A DNA stretch of 64,000 nt from NCBI RefSeq assembly GCF_964355755.1, contig NC_092679.1, positions 1,518,201 to 1,582,200 on the forward strand, given 5' to 3'. Both the position numbers and the translations under genes were made by a program. Below the pieces are notes generated by a model. It searched no databases. It had not been told where the DNA came from and saw only the letters and a program-made list of their open reading frames with translations. The stretch comes from Antedon mediterranea. Taxonomy: Eukaryota; Animalia; Echinodermata. Each line of letters opens with the position of its first letter. The stretch's first letter is position 1. This document shows, piece by piece, positions 25,430 through 38,788 of this stretch.

Positions 25430-28400
25430 TTACTTTGTTCGTGGACGTAACATAAATTTCACTTGAAGCCTGTAATGATCAGAAGACCAGTGTTTGTTTG
25501 GAAGGCCACCCATGTTCTCGGCATCTTCGTTTGTAAATAAAGGAAGCCAAGCAACTCGTTTAATGTCGGCGAATCTCATATCCGTTCTTGGGCGTGGCCG
25601 ACTATTGAACATGAAATCCACGGTGCAGTTGGTTTTAGAGTGATTCGTGGTGACGAATCCATCATGATTCTGATACGTAGATTCCAAGTTGAGATTGTGA
25701 TATAGCTGACCAATGGCAGGCAGACTATCATTTCTGTCAGCGTCAAATTGGTTTGAAGAAGTGATAGATTGTTGTGAAGGTGTAGATGATCTTTGTGTTT
25801 CTGTAGCCTCACTAGACAAGACAGCAGTGGTACCATGCTCGGCAGGTTTATAAAGAAATCTAGCCTTTGTAACGAGGCTAGATGAGGTTCTATCGTTGCC
25901 AAGGTGTTGTGAAGATGTAGGAAGACTTTTAACCATACTAGACATGCTGGCACCATCAGTAGCTTCTGTACATGTCTGATCGTCGTTCCTTTTAAGTCCT
26001 GTGTCATCTGGTGTTGCAGCAATACTTCTTGAATGTTCAGATGTGGATGCTAAACCGGCATTATTTGCCATCGTTGTAGCTCTGGTAGCTTCCGTCGTCT
26101 GCTCATAAGGCTTAGTTGCAATAACTGGTGGGTGGACATTCTCTGGCTTATTTTCTGAAAAGAAAAACAAAGAAAACAATTGACCAATCATTTAAAATCA
26201 ATAATTCATCTTAAGTAATGATGGTTTTGCAACCGCAAACCACTCTTCCTCTTCTAATAAATTAATCTAAATACTGCCACCAACAAACAATTATTACTAA
26301 GTGTCTTTAGCAAACATTCTGGAATCAAATGCTTTTTGTAGATATGTTAATTATTTACCAATTTTTCGGTTTTCTTTCATTTGTACGCTTACCTTTAATT
26401 TTCAATCCCATACGCTGTTTTATCAAACGTAAATACTGACACGACTCGGATATCCCAACTCTCTTGGGCAATAACGGCACATTGAGTCGTGATCCTCTCT
26501 TCGGACTATCTGCATACCACGGTTTGCAGACTTCATCAGACACCATACCACTGTAGTTTAACGTTCCGTTCTCGATGAATTTATACAGCGGGCTGTTTGG
26601 TTGGCTGTTAAAGTCACCACAAAGGATGATGGGACAGTATCCTGTATCGTTCTCGTTATTTACCTCGTACGCGACTTCATCAATTTCTGCCAACAAGTTG
26701 CTTAACTGAGCAAGTTTAATGTCCCCTCGTTTGGGATTGAATAGCAAGTGAGTATTGGCAACACAAAGTCTACAAGAAACTTGTTTTGATTTGAGAACCG
26801 CTATTAGTCCAACGTTGTCACGATCTAAGATGCGTACATTTGGGTGGTAGTACTCAACACTGCGGCACGATAACAACTCAAAGCAGTTATCACGGAAAAA
26901 TATTGCACAGCCATCTTGCTTGTCTCCTGTACGCTTCTTGAATACGCAGCTGAAACCTGTAAGACAGTCATGGGAGTTAATAAACAAAAGATTACCATTG
27001 CAAGTGTGCTGTCTAACAAAGACATGATCTGGTGTCTATGAAATGAAGATTCAAGTTACTTTAGTTGTCTAGATCTTTTTTAGTTTTCACCCAATGACAA
27101 AATCACAAATGACAAATATAGCTATATTAGAATATTAGATAGTAGCTGATAACAGTATGGCTCACCTAATTTCTTGAGTTCTGGCTTAAACACATCATGG
27201 AAGTGCTCTTCCTGTACCTCTTGAAGACACATAATCTGAAACAAACAAAACATTTATCACATCATTAAACATTTATCACATTACTTATGAATGGTGACAA
27301 TTACTCTCTGTAGATGACAATATTCTTGAATTTGTCACAATTACTATTGACAGTAAAAAGTAATAATTTAACATTCTTGAAATGGTAACAGTTACTCTTA
27401 TACTCTACATTCTGTAAATGACAAATAAGTGACAATTACATTTCCAAATAATTGACAACATTAAATAAGTGAAACATTAAATAAGTGACAATTACATTTC
27501 AAATAAGTGACAATTATATTTCAAATAAGTGACAATCAGAATCATATTTCAAATAAGTGAAACATTAAATAAGTGACAAATACATTTCAAATAAGTGACA
27601 ATTACATTTCAAATAAGTGACAATTATATTTCAAATAAGTGAAACATTAAATAAGTGACAATTACATTTCAAATAAGTGACAATCATATTTCAAATAAGT
27701 GAAACATTAAATAAGTGACAAATACATTTCAAATAAGTGACAATTACATTTCAAATAAGTGACAATTACATTTCAAATAAGTGACAATTACATTTCAAAT
27801 AAGTGACAATTACATTTCAAATAAGTGACAATTACATTTCAAATAAGTGACAATTACATTTCAAATAAGTGACAATTGCTTATTGAAGGTAATTAAGTTA
27901 CAAAGTTAGCAATACTCTTACTTACATCAGCCTGTGAGTTTGTCAATTCACTCAACAGGTTTCTTTTTCTATACTCCCACTGTAGGTGTTCTGGTGCACA
28001 ATGGTAATACAAGTCTGGGTGCATGTCCAGTAGATTTTGGGCTAGGATGTTATAGGAACAAACCGAGAACACATGACCGTCTCCATGGTGATTCGGCATC
28101 TTTCCATACGTTGTTTTCTTCCATTTTGGCCTGGATCTATATTCATCGGATACATTTTGTCCTAATTAATATGGAATAAAAAATTGAATTGAATTGAGAA
28201 TGATATTTTAGGTTATTATGAGTGAAAATGCTGGGAACAAATATATCATTATTATAGTGATGTCTTATACTAGGAATGGCCTATATAATGTAAAAATGAG
28301 ATCCATTAAACACTGGATAGTTTATTAAGTAAAATAAGTTTGTATTCATATTCATACACATGGATATCTGAGAGGAAAGCTCTGTCTACACTATCAAACT

Positions 28401-28864
28401 AGTTTGACAAAAAAAGTGAGATGTGCCCAAATATGGTAGTGATATGACATCATTATGTCCATATATGGCACACTACATTTTTTTGTCACATAAAGTGTAG
28501 ACAAAGCTTTATTGACAATTCAATGCTCACCATTACTCTCTTTTCTCATGCTTTTCTTCATGATATCAGATTCTTTCAACTCTTGACTACGTTTTCTGAT
28601 GTCCTTCCACTTGTTCCAAAATGCACCGTCAGGCTGTTGCTGCTGTGCTGGTTGTCCATACTCCATTCCTTCCCCGTTATAATAAGCATGTCTTTCAGAG
28701 TTTGGCTGCATTTGTCTCGAATATGGATATTGATAGTTGTGTTGTTGAAGGGGTGGGGGAAATCCAAATTGTGAGCTAACAAATGGTGTACGATTACGAA
28801 TAAAATTTAGGAATTGTGGATCAGGTGCTCGTTGTTGGCTCATAAACACGCGTCTACTGTTCAT
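25430..28864 (-). CDS. ANGEL2: Protein angel homolog (CCR4/EEP family 2',3'-cyclic phosphatase), ~642 aa
   Basis: Exons 28531-28864, 27926-28161, 27166-27235, 26393-26956, 25430-26154 give 1929 nt in frame. Motifs SYNILAQ, CLQEVQ, DGCAIFF, VANTHLLFNPKRGDIKLAQL, IILCGDFNS, TVDF, GLPN..WSSDH. A probable non-coding first exon has its donor near 29563. Confidence 0.9.
27423..27877. repeat. 22-bp minisatellite (with 16-bp variant) in an ANGEL intron
   Basis: AAATAAGTGACAATTACATTTC interspersed with AAATAAGTGAAACATT, about 20 units. Confidence 0.95.
28378..28508. mobile_element. MITE family A copy
   Basis: AGCTCTGTCTACACTATCAAAC ... AGTGTAGACAAAGCT. Confidence 0.8.
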
Positions 28865-29759
28865 TATCAACCTATATTAATAGTACGATTAATAATCATC
28901 AAACACACTTGATTGGCCTATAAAAATACTATTGCTTTGCCAATAATAGGCCACCATGCATGCATGGGCATATTCATTGTATGTACAGAATTATTTCATT
29001 GTCAATGTCAATACAATAATCGGGACAATAATGGTATATATATATATTCTGTTCCTGGTATATTTCTGTTTCTGTGACTACTTCTCTTTGTTTTTGGAAA
29101 TTTACCCAGGTATTCTACTATCGCTAGATTAGTTGACTCATCTGGAAAAGATTTGTCTATCCATGCGATTCAATTGTGACCCTTTTTTGGAAAGATGGAT
29201 CCCGTTTTAGAGTCGAATAGCAACGGCACAGTCCATGATGTGTTGTGGGTTCATTGGTTTCCAGGCACCTTTTACCTCTTTGTACAGTACACAATCATCA
29301 TCCCGTTTAGCCACAGTCATCAAAACGCCATTCATCTAGCTAGGCCCAGCCATGCTTATTTCTATCACCTTGACTCGGGACGACTCCAATTTACAGGTGA
29401 CTAAAAAGTACTATTTAGGCCTAATAGGCTAGGCCTAAACTAGGAAGAGCCTAGTAAAGGTTGACAAGGCTTATGTAGGCCCTATAACCCAAAAATGCCA
29501 CTTAAATAGTAGTACTTATAATAATTATATATACAATTATAATAATTAATATGCAAAGTTACCCAAATGTACTTCTTGATAGATGAAAACTACTATAATA
29601 AGAGGCTAATTAATAATTATACGGCGAAAAGAAAGAATGCTTTTTTAAACAAAACGCCCTCTAGAGAAGCGTGACGAATTAAAAAAAAGGCGATATATAA
29701 TAGACTACTAGTCCTGACATTTCCACTCTAATAAGATGCTGAAGGCATTTCGTGTTAAA

Positions 29760-30362
29760 AGCGAATAAACATGTGTTTTAGGGTAATTTTGGGGTGCTGA
29801 ATTCAAATTTGCTGTTTGCCCAGCTCAATTTTTAGATCTTCACCCTTAAAATGTGAAAAACAAAATGGCCGCCATTTCAGACTTATTTTGGCTTATAACT
29901 TGACTTTTAAGTGACGTAGCAAGTTAAAAATGGTGTCTATACCTACCTATGTTTGTGATAGTGAAGATTCCAACTATATTGTTATTAAAGTTGCAAATAT
30001 TGTATTTCAGCCGCCATGTTGAAATCCAAGATGGCCGCCATTTAAAACGTATTTTGGCTTATAACTTGACTTTTAATTAACATAGCAAGTTAAAAATAGT
30101 TTCTATACCTATGTTTGTGATACTAAGGATTCTAAATATATTGTTATTAAAGTTGTAAATATTCTATTTCAGCCTCCATGTTGGAATTCAAGATGGTCGC
30201 CATTTAAAACGTATTTTGGCTTATAACTTGACATATAAGTAACATGAAGGTTAGAAATGATGTCTATACAGTAGGCCTACCTATGTTTGTGATACTGAGG
30301 ATTCCAAATATATTGTTTATTAAAGTTGTAAACAGCCGCCATGTTGAAATCAAAGATGGCGC
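29760..30362. repeat. ~160-165 bp tandem repeat (3+ units), probably the subterminal array of a DNA transposon
   Basis: AAGATGGCCGCCATTT..TATTTTGGCTTATAACTTGAC..TATACCTATGTTTGTGATA at ~29862, ~30028, ~30190 and ~30353, preceded by GGGGTGCTGAATTCAAATTTG. Confidence 0.8.
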
Positions 30363-30793
30363 ATATTTTAAACACACACACACAGGGTAGTAACAAGTGC
30401 GAGGCAAACAAACAAATGAAAATGAAAAACTCACAAAAGGATTGTTCTTTATGTGTAAAATATTTTAAAACGAGATAGATGATAATGATGATCATTGTCA
30501 AGTGTTTAGAAAAATATAAGAAAATTAATGAAAAAAGGAGGTAATACGTCGGAATTCATAAATGTAAAAATGTTACTGATGACATTTGGAATTAACAATG
30601 TGTTAAATAATATGATTTAATGACATGAGATAATAGGAATGTGAATAAAAGTAGTGTTTGCGCCACAAAGGAGAAAAAAAATATATATATACAGTATATA
30701 AACATCACAGAATAAATTCTAATCCGCCCGATATAATGAAATTTAATTAATTAGAAAATATAAAAATGACGAAACCTGTGAGAATGAGAAAAA

Positions 30794-30866
30794 GCCCTCT
30801 CCAAGATTCAAACCCGGAACCTTCTGCTTGATATGCAGATCTCCTAACCATTAGACCACTGGGGTT
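30794..30866 (-). pseudogene. tRNA-derived relic (tRNA pseudogene or SINE head; anticodon loop reads ATC)
   Basis: Minus strand: A-box TGGTCTAATGG, anticodon arm TCTGC-ATATCAA-GCAGA, B-box-like GGTTTGAATC. The acceptor stem does not pair properly. Confidence 0.65.
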
Positions 30867-33668
30867 TTCATTGTATTGTTCCAATTCGATTGTGCGAGGC
30901 AGCGAGGCACACCAAATATAAGTGTGAGGCATGCGTGGCATATAGTTTACAATTTCAGAAAGGTGCGAGGCATATAGTTTACAATTTCAAAAAGGTGCGA
31001 GGCATTTCTTAACGTGCTATTATGCTATATTATAGGCCTAATAATTAATTATTTATATTTTTAAAATAGGCCTAGCGTATCGAAATAGATTCGTGTATAC
31101 ACTCCTCATGATATGTTGTTTATTTTTATGTAGGCCTAACGATTGTTTTTTTCATTCAAGTCATATGATATAAGTTGACTACAATGTTCAAATTGTTTGT
31201 TCATAATGGTAATGAAAGAGTTGGTCAAAAAGACTTCACCGAATTAATTCAATACAACAACAACGTATTTATATCAAAACATTTCTCGGAATAGAAATAG
31301 ATTGTAAAATTGGTAAAAAAACAAACATGTTAAATGTATACAAACAACAATTGATAAAGACATCAGTATAATAATAATATATAAATTGAGAAAACTGCTA
31401 AAAAGTAGTGTATAATTTATTTTATTTATGCATTGATATTACCATATATTAATGATTGTTGTGAAATTTGGGGTAACACTTATAAAAGTACAGTACAAAA
31501 TGTTTACAAAAAAAAAGTACTGTAATTTATAAAATTATCAATAGTGTAAGATGATAGCATTAGCCATAGTAGTAAATGATACTGGATACCAGAGGAAGTA
31601 GAGGTTTCGTTTTGAGGTATTTTCATCTACAGTATTATATATAATGCCTTCAATTCAGAATAAGGAAATAGAATTAAGCTTCACGGCCAAAATGATAATA
31701 GAGGACTAAAACAAAGTGGAATGCGTCAATTTCTCATGCATTTATTGGTGAAAAACACGTTTAATCTTAATATATTTGTTAATTTGTCAATAAAAATGCT
31801 GTAATATGTTACTGCTGATACTGTTCTGTTTTCAAAGAATAATAATCGATCCTAAATTTTGGGAAATGATAAAATGATGCCTCGCATTTTTTGATGATGG
31901 TAAAACGATGCCTCGCATAAATTTCTGACTTGCCTTGCTTTTGCGCATATCCTAGGCCTGTTGTGCATGTAGTTCTCTGTGCCCTGGGGACCTGTGAACA
32001 CCTGCACATAGCCGGCCTAGCCCATTAAACAATTATTACGCAATAAACATTAAGCTACCTATATATGCTTTGCCTACACACATAAATATAAGTTTAATTT
32101 ATAGTATAATAATTAGATATCAAATTACCTAATATTACCCCAGTCTATTGGATCAAACGTGTATGGAAACATCCAACATTGAAATGACACATGAAATAAA
32201 TAATGTCATATTGCAGTTTTTGGTATAACAAGTGAGCATCTTCATCTGCAATCAAAGTTGCTATTTCATTGCCAGAATTTTACCTGTTTGGTGACCAAGT
32301 CAACAACTTTTTTGGCTTATATTATAATACTGTTTCCAAGATTCATCGAGCATAAAGGACATTATTGTGCCAACAAGGATGAAGAACCATCAGTTAAAGA
32401 TAGGCCTACTGCATATCAACGGTATTCAAAGGGTTTGGGTAATTTTCTAACTTGCCATCACTACCGGTGACCGGTAAACAAGCTTATGTCATCCACACCA
32501 GCATTTGTTATAAATCTTTATGAATTTTAAATAATTTGAAATGGTGAATAAATTGATAATTGGTACTTAATTACAGTATTTAAATTTCTACAACAAGCAG
32601 TATTTAACTTCCTTGTGAAGTTGTTGTCTTTTCTACTCATCATCGCTTATTTATTTATTTTATTAAAAAATTTGGCAGATAGCCATAATGGCCCAACAAC
32701 ACAGAAATGGGTATACCTCTTGGAACAATATAATAAATATTTCAAAAGTATATACAAAAGCAGAATAAACTGGACATTAAAATTAAACGAATAATAGACC
32801 ACCATGGCCCCTACTACAATGTAGTCGACTGATTGATCAATTTGGTCAAACTGATTATTATTATGATATTATATCTGATTATCCACGAGTGCTCATTTTT
32901 AAACTGACTGGAAGAAAACGTCTAGTTTATAATAATATTTATAATGTGTAATGAATATTTATAAGGAAATTAGGCCTAAAAAAGCAATCGAAAGCCACGA
33001 TTCTTGGCTACTATATTTCTTGTTGTTTATTGAGTCCACTTTTGAACTTTAAATCCTTCAGAATTTCCTGTTGTTGTGCATACTATGTCAACAACCTGGA
33101 GTATTTTACCTTCGGACTTATTTTGAAACAAAAGATCACGATAAAAATCTTACAAGTGACTAATTAGATTGCATAAAATCATGATTGATAATGACATCAT
33201 TTCTGTGGCCATGTTTCGCGAAAGTCATTGCAATTTTTAAAAGTTTCGCTAAGGTCCAGCAGATCTATTTAGTATTTAATTTATTATTTATCATTATGTT
33301 TATTTTTTCGATTTAGGACGATATTAAAAAGTCTGTTTTCCATTAGCAAAATCGTGAATCAAACATTCCTGAGTTCCGATTGGTTGCGCAAAACACGTGA
33401 CAAAAGTAGATGAACATATTTTTAAAACGCATACGATGAATATTTACTGACGCTTTCAATTGGCGCAAATAAATCATTTGGTTGCCAGAGACGCAACGCA
33501 AGTTTGTGTAAACTTTAAAGAACGCAACATAAGTAACGCACGAGAAGATAAGCAAACAAATATAACCATGAGACATAAAACTAGACACAGGAGTAAGAAA
33601 AGCATTTTTAATATTTTTGTTTTTGTTTTTTTTTATATTCGTATTTTAAAATTTTTATTTTTTATTAT

Positions 33669-33935
33669 TAAATTAATCATTGTCCTATCAGATAGGTGGT
33701 AACCCCCCTGATACAGGGGCTATTTTGTGAGCCAGTTCACCGGGGTAACCCCCTACTCTTCTCAAATAATGAAATGGGTTCTTTAAAGTTTTTTTTCTCT
33801 TTTGTGGCGTTAACTACTATTTATTCATTTCATTTCATCAACAGATTAATACAGTTATTTCTAATAATAATAATAACTATTCATTGTTATTCTTAGTGGG
33901 GTTACCACCTATCTGATAGGAAAATGATTAATTTA
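33669..33935. mobile_element. MITE with ~37-bp terminal inverted repeats
   Basis: TAAATTAATCATTGTCCTATCAGATAGGTGGTAACCCC ... GGGGTTACCACCTATCTGATAGGAAAATGATTAATTTA (1 mismatch). Confidence 0.8.
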
Positions 33936-35639
33936 CTATTGGTAATTAATCCTTGGCCACATGTACCTAAACATAACAATAAAAAAAATAAAATAAAAGG
34001 ATGTAAGCGTAACGTAATCGATTTGACCAATCACAAGCGATGGATTTTTTTAACTGTCGCTTGTAATTGGTCAACTTGTTTTCCTTGTCCCGAACTTTAT
34101 CTCATTGCTTCAGTAAATGACTGTATAAGTACAATATTATTAGTGGGTCGATCGTCGGTGCTCAACTGTGGCTTATCTGCAACCATCCATTTCATGTGTA
34201 CTTTAGTTTACATTGTGACTATACAACACAATGCACTCATCACTCAACAAACCTCATTTAATAAAAGGTTAATATCTTAATATTACCGGAAACCATGAAC
34301 AAATTCACTCTGCTGAATAAACGAAGACACCATAACCCTATTATCTTAACTGCCACTTTAGGGAGTAAATTAACGCTGATAATCACAGGAACCACGCCAC
34401 CATTATTTTTATGACTGTACCACCAGAAGACCAATATTATTATTAAATTATTAATATTCTGTAAAAATTAAATTTTAAACATTTGAGTTATGTTAATAAT
34501 ATATAGTGCTACCTCCCCCCCCCCCCCCCAATAATATTGTAATAATGAATTTTATTTTCCATACAACAACAAATAAGACATACAAAATGAATAGAACAAA
34601 AGTTGCATGGAATGAGACTACTATAGCCACCTTAGTTGAAAGCACAAATAAACACGATATAAAGGTAAAAAGAGACAGTATATATTATATATCTAAAGTC
34701 ATTTTGATACTCGATGTGTATTGATATGCGTGCTTGTCCAGGCGTCCATTAAAATGTTTATATTTTTAAAATGTTTAAATCTAAACGAGAATCGAATCGA
34801 AAAAAGGATACATGAGTTGTTTCGTTGATGCGTCGTATTTCAAGAAATGGCTACTAAAAACTGGTATGCCAAGAGTGAAAGTACAAACACTCTTTACCTG
34901 GATATCTACATCAAATTGTTACTTTTGGGTTTTTTTTTTTCTTATTTTGAACTAGATACCGAAAGTTAGATCACTTTCGTTTGCTTGTATCTTATCAAAC
35001 AAATGAGGTTTAACATGATTTTCACATAAAAATGAAGTAGTTTAGTTTTTTAATGATGATGATGTAGACTGAATATCCAATCCGTGCACACCCACGGACG
35101 CGCGCACACGCGCGTTCAATTCGCTCGATTTTATGAAGCTCAATAAAATAAATCACAATAAAAAAAAATTGTAATGTCAAGGCCGCAGATTTCGGAAACG
35201 CCACTTCCTTCATTTTTTTAAAATACCATTTCATATCGAGCTTCCGTCGAACTCTTCCGAGTAAAACAATTTGCTTGTTGAGATTAGATAATGACGATTT
35301 AATATATGAATATCACTTTAAACACAATAGTCTGTGCACTATCTGTCATTCAAGTATTCCCAAAGTCATGACACTAACGACGACCAAAAAAAAAGTCATT
35401 GTCGAACGTCGCTCTGAGACGTACAGTACTGAAGATGCGTCAGGACAGTGAAAGATGCGTCAGGACAGTGAAAACATGAATTATTGCGCATCATAGAAAT
35501 TGTTTTCCTAAGTGGCTGTCAGACCCCCCCCCCCCCCTTCACTAGTTCAAAGTTCCCCTCTGGTTGATTAGTACTATAATCGACCAGCGTGGCATAGTTG
35601 TATTACTATAAAACAGTCTCTCATGATTGAGCGAATTAA

Positions 35640-36040
35640 AAAAAAAGCGCTTGATACGAGAAGAATTAAATTATGTAAATAATTTGCACATCGATGCGTC
35701 TGTTCCAATTCCTTCAAAGACTGGTTTCCTATTAATTCTCGTTCTCACAGTATGCTCCTTAGAAAATCCAACGAATTTCTCATCCCTCGTGCTCGAACTG
35801 AAAGATATGCCAAAAGTGCTATACCATTTCTCGCCAAACTCCTTAATGACAAATGATTCTTGTTTTATTGGCTCGCGTGTTTGTGTTTTTGTAAATTTTC
35901 AATTTTGTATATTTTTTATAGATTCTTGAATTTTGCACCTTTATATTTTTGTCCTTTTGATGTGTACATTATCGTGTTAATATTGTTTTAATTTAGCCTT
36001 GTGCTGCGATTACGATATATTGAATAAATAAATAAATAAT
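35640..36040 (+). mobile_element. LINE 3' remnant with (AAAT)n tail
   Basis: One frame reads PFKDWFPINSRSHSMLLRKSNEFLIPRARTERYAKSAIPFLAKLLND, a typical LINE ORF2 C-terminus, followed by a T-rich UTR and AATAAATAAATAAAT. Confidence 0.7.
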
Positions 36041-36599
36041 TAAGTAATCGCCTATCGATTCTTTTTACTTTCAAACGCGGTATGAGTCGTTTTGATTTTA
36101 CGATCATTCGGGAAACCACCTCACGACGATACACTTATATAACATTCTTATAATTATCGGGAAAAGGGAAAATGCAATAGTAGAAAGAATAGGCTATTTC
36201 ATATAAATGCCTTGATAAGGATATCCGGTAAGCAAACTTCTCCCATTTTTATTCTCTTTGTTTGTATCTGGGTGCGTTTACAGATAACATCACATCAGCC
36301 CTAATAGTCGGCTAATAAATGGCAGCTGGACGAAAAGGGGAGCGGTTAGGGTCCGGTACATAACAATGAATCTCATCCACACCCATATAGCTAGCATCAA
36401 ACCGTGTTTTCTTCCTCTATAGTAAAACAATAGATAACAAAACCGCACTCATTCGTAGAACCATTATAAAATACGTATAAAATGTGGGAAAATATTTATA
36501 CGAAAGAAAATGCATGGCTTTACAAGCAGGTTTTATGTGCACGTGTTAATCCGTCGTTTCAATTACATTTAGCTTGCGTTTAACAACGCAACGATGTAA

Positions 36600-36845
36600 G
36601 CGCAAGGCAAGCCAGTAAAGCGTGGTTCCCACTAGCGACATAACGTCGTAACAAAACACAATCAGCACGTTGCGTCAATACGTCGTTGCGTTGCGTTACG
36701 TCGTCGCTATTGGGAACCACCCTTTAGCCTACCAATCACAAACGACTCGACTACAGTTCTAGATGTTATCGCGTCGTGATTGGTCAACTTGCGGTGCGCT
36801 TAAAACATCCCTTTGCGCGCGTCCGAGTACAGTGGGAACCACTAA
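36600..36845. mobile_element. MITE family B: short complete copy (~36619-36723) inside a degenerate copy
   Basis: AGCGTGGTTCCCACTAGCGAC ... GTCGCTATTGGGAACCACCCT is embedded in family-B sequence that ends GTGGGAACC at ~36840. Confidence 0.7.
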
Positions 36846-37402
36846 ACTTTAGTTTTCATAATAACTGAAGGATTGCGCTTGATGTTTAACTGGCCTGAAA
36901 TAAAACGTCTGTTGCACCTTCTATCTCTAAATCAAGTTTTGGCATTGGATGCCAAAATGACACGGCAGTTTAATATTCTCATGGCGGTGGTTTTTATCAA
37001 AATGATAATCATTTTAATATCCAAAGGAAATTAACGTATGCACTACTCGCTAACATACACATAATGTTAAAGCACATATGAAATTATTTTTATGTTGTTG
37101 GGGGTCCTACCATAATTGTCACCATTTCTGTCATATTTTGTTATATTTAAAATTAGCCGGCCCATTAATACGCACGTGTTGAACAGATTAGACCACGCTT
37201 GCTATACAGTATTATCGTCAGCCGGCGGGAAGTATCAATTGGGATCCCTGAAACACTTGTCGTTCACCCTCATGTGATTACTGTAAGGTAATTAGTGTAC
37301 TGTTAAGGTCTTTTGGTAATAGGCCTAAACAGAACTTTAAAATTAGTCATATTTTTAAAAGTATTTCAAATAAAGTTATCTTGAAAGTACCTTGAATGTT
37401 TA

Positions 37403-37561
37403 AGCTTTGTCTACACTATCAAACTAGTTTGACAAAAATTTATACCAAACCAACTACGGTAGTGATGTGTTCAAATATGGTAGTGATATGACATCATAAT
37501 GTTCATATATAGGCACATCACATTTTGTTGTCACATAAAATGTGATAGTGTAGACAGAGCT
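37403..37561. mobile_element. MITE family A copy
   Basis: AGCTTTGTCTACACTATCAAAC ... GATAGTGTAGACAGAGCT. Confidence 0.82.
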
Positions 37562-38274
37562 ATACTCGTATACTTTGTTGGGCACAGTCTACGAGCTTAT
37601 CGCAATACATTTGCTGTTAACAATATTTGCGCGCTAATCGTATTTTAATCGTCTGGTATAGGATACAGAAATTAGATTGTGATGTCATGATAATATACTT
37701 ATAGATGTCGTCGAGACATTTAACTCGTTGACAAATTGTAGCAACACAGGAAACAAATAGGAAGTAAGTATAGAACGATACTCGAGAGGTTTGAACCCTG
37801 ACTTTTGTTTAGGAGGGGCATTTAGGGGAAATATTGTTAAATGTCAAACGAATGATAAATGATTACCATAAACCTGAATCAAACAACCAATACTGGTACA
37901 GGTACTGGTTGAGGTAACCGTCTTCATAGAGACATCTGGTAGCCATTGACATATTAAAGTAAAGTTGGCATTTAGATAAATGCTACTTTTAAGTGTACAC
38001 AATATAAATACTTTAATAATATCAATATTTCATGTTCTTGGAGGAAATTGTAAAAACAGATATTGTAGTTTTACCATGGAGGTTTTACTGATAATGAGTT
38101 TAATTCGAAGTGGAAATGCAATGATAGATAGAGACAGATAATAGAGTTTCAGATATTAGATTTAAGCGTCATCTATTATTGACAAACTACAATGAGCAGC
38201 TAAGCTATTATTCATGCTTTATCTGGAATATTAATTGATTTTAATTTATAAAATGGCAAAAAGAATAATCCTAA

Positions 38275-38414
38275 GGCCTTGTCTACACTATCAAACTTGT
38301 GACAAAAACATGTAGTGTAATGCCCAAAGAGCGTAGTGATATGACATCATCATGTCCATATATGGGCACATCACATTTTTTTGTCACATAATGTTTGATA
38401 GTGTAGACAAGGCT
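38275..38414. mobile_element. MITE family A copy
   Basis: TAA-GGCCTTGTCTACACTATCAAAC ... GTTTGATAGTGTAGACAAGGCT-TAA, giving a 3-bp TAA TSD. Confidence 0.85.
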
Positions 38415-38656
38415 TAAGGCAACTAAAAAGTAGATAAAAAAATGTTTTTAGAAACTTTGTGTACACTGACTAATAAAAAAAAACTACAAAAAGAAGCATT
38501 GCATCTAAGAGTCCAACCACAAACAGCTTTCCTTCTTGATTAATCATTTACACCATAATTATCTTATGACTAAGATCCTAACATTTAGCAAACTAACTTT
38601 GACAACGTGATATAATAAAGTACAGCATGTAAAAACTGATGATACAAACCATTCTA

Positions 38657-38788
38657 AGCTCTGTCTACACTATCAAACATTATGTGACGAAACGAAAATA
38701 TGCACATGGACATGATGATGTCATCATATTTGGGCATATCACACTTATTTTTGTCAAACTAGTTTGTTTCTACAGTGTAGACAGAGCT
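38657..38788. mobile_element. MITE family A copy
   Basis: AGCTCTGTCTACACTATCAAAC ... AGTGTAGACAGAGCT. Confidence 0.8.

Noticed and set aside
29140-29340. Exon-like stretch on the minus strand upstream of the ANGEL start (MNGVLMTVAKR..)
   Set aside because: It has stops in all frames before a usable donor and no recognisable family. It could be a uORF or a decayed transposon, but neither is supported.
30794-30866. Functional tRNA-Asp(ATC) gene
   Set aside because: The acceptor stem is unpaired and the T-loop is altered (TTTGAAT). Kept only as a relic.
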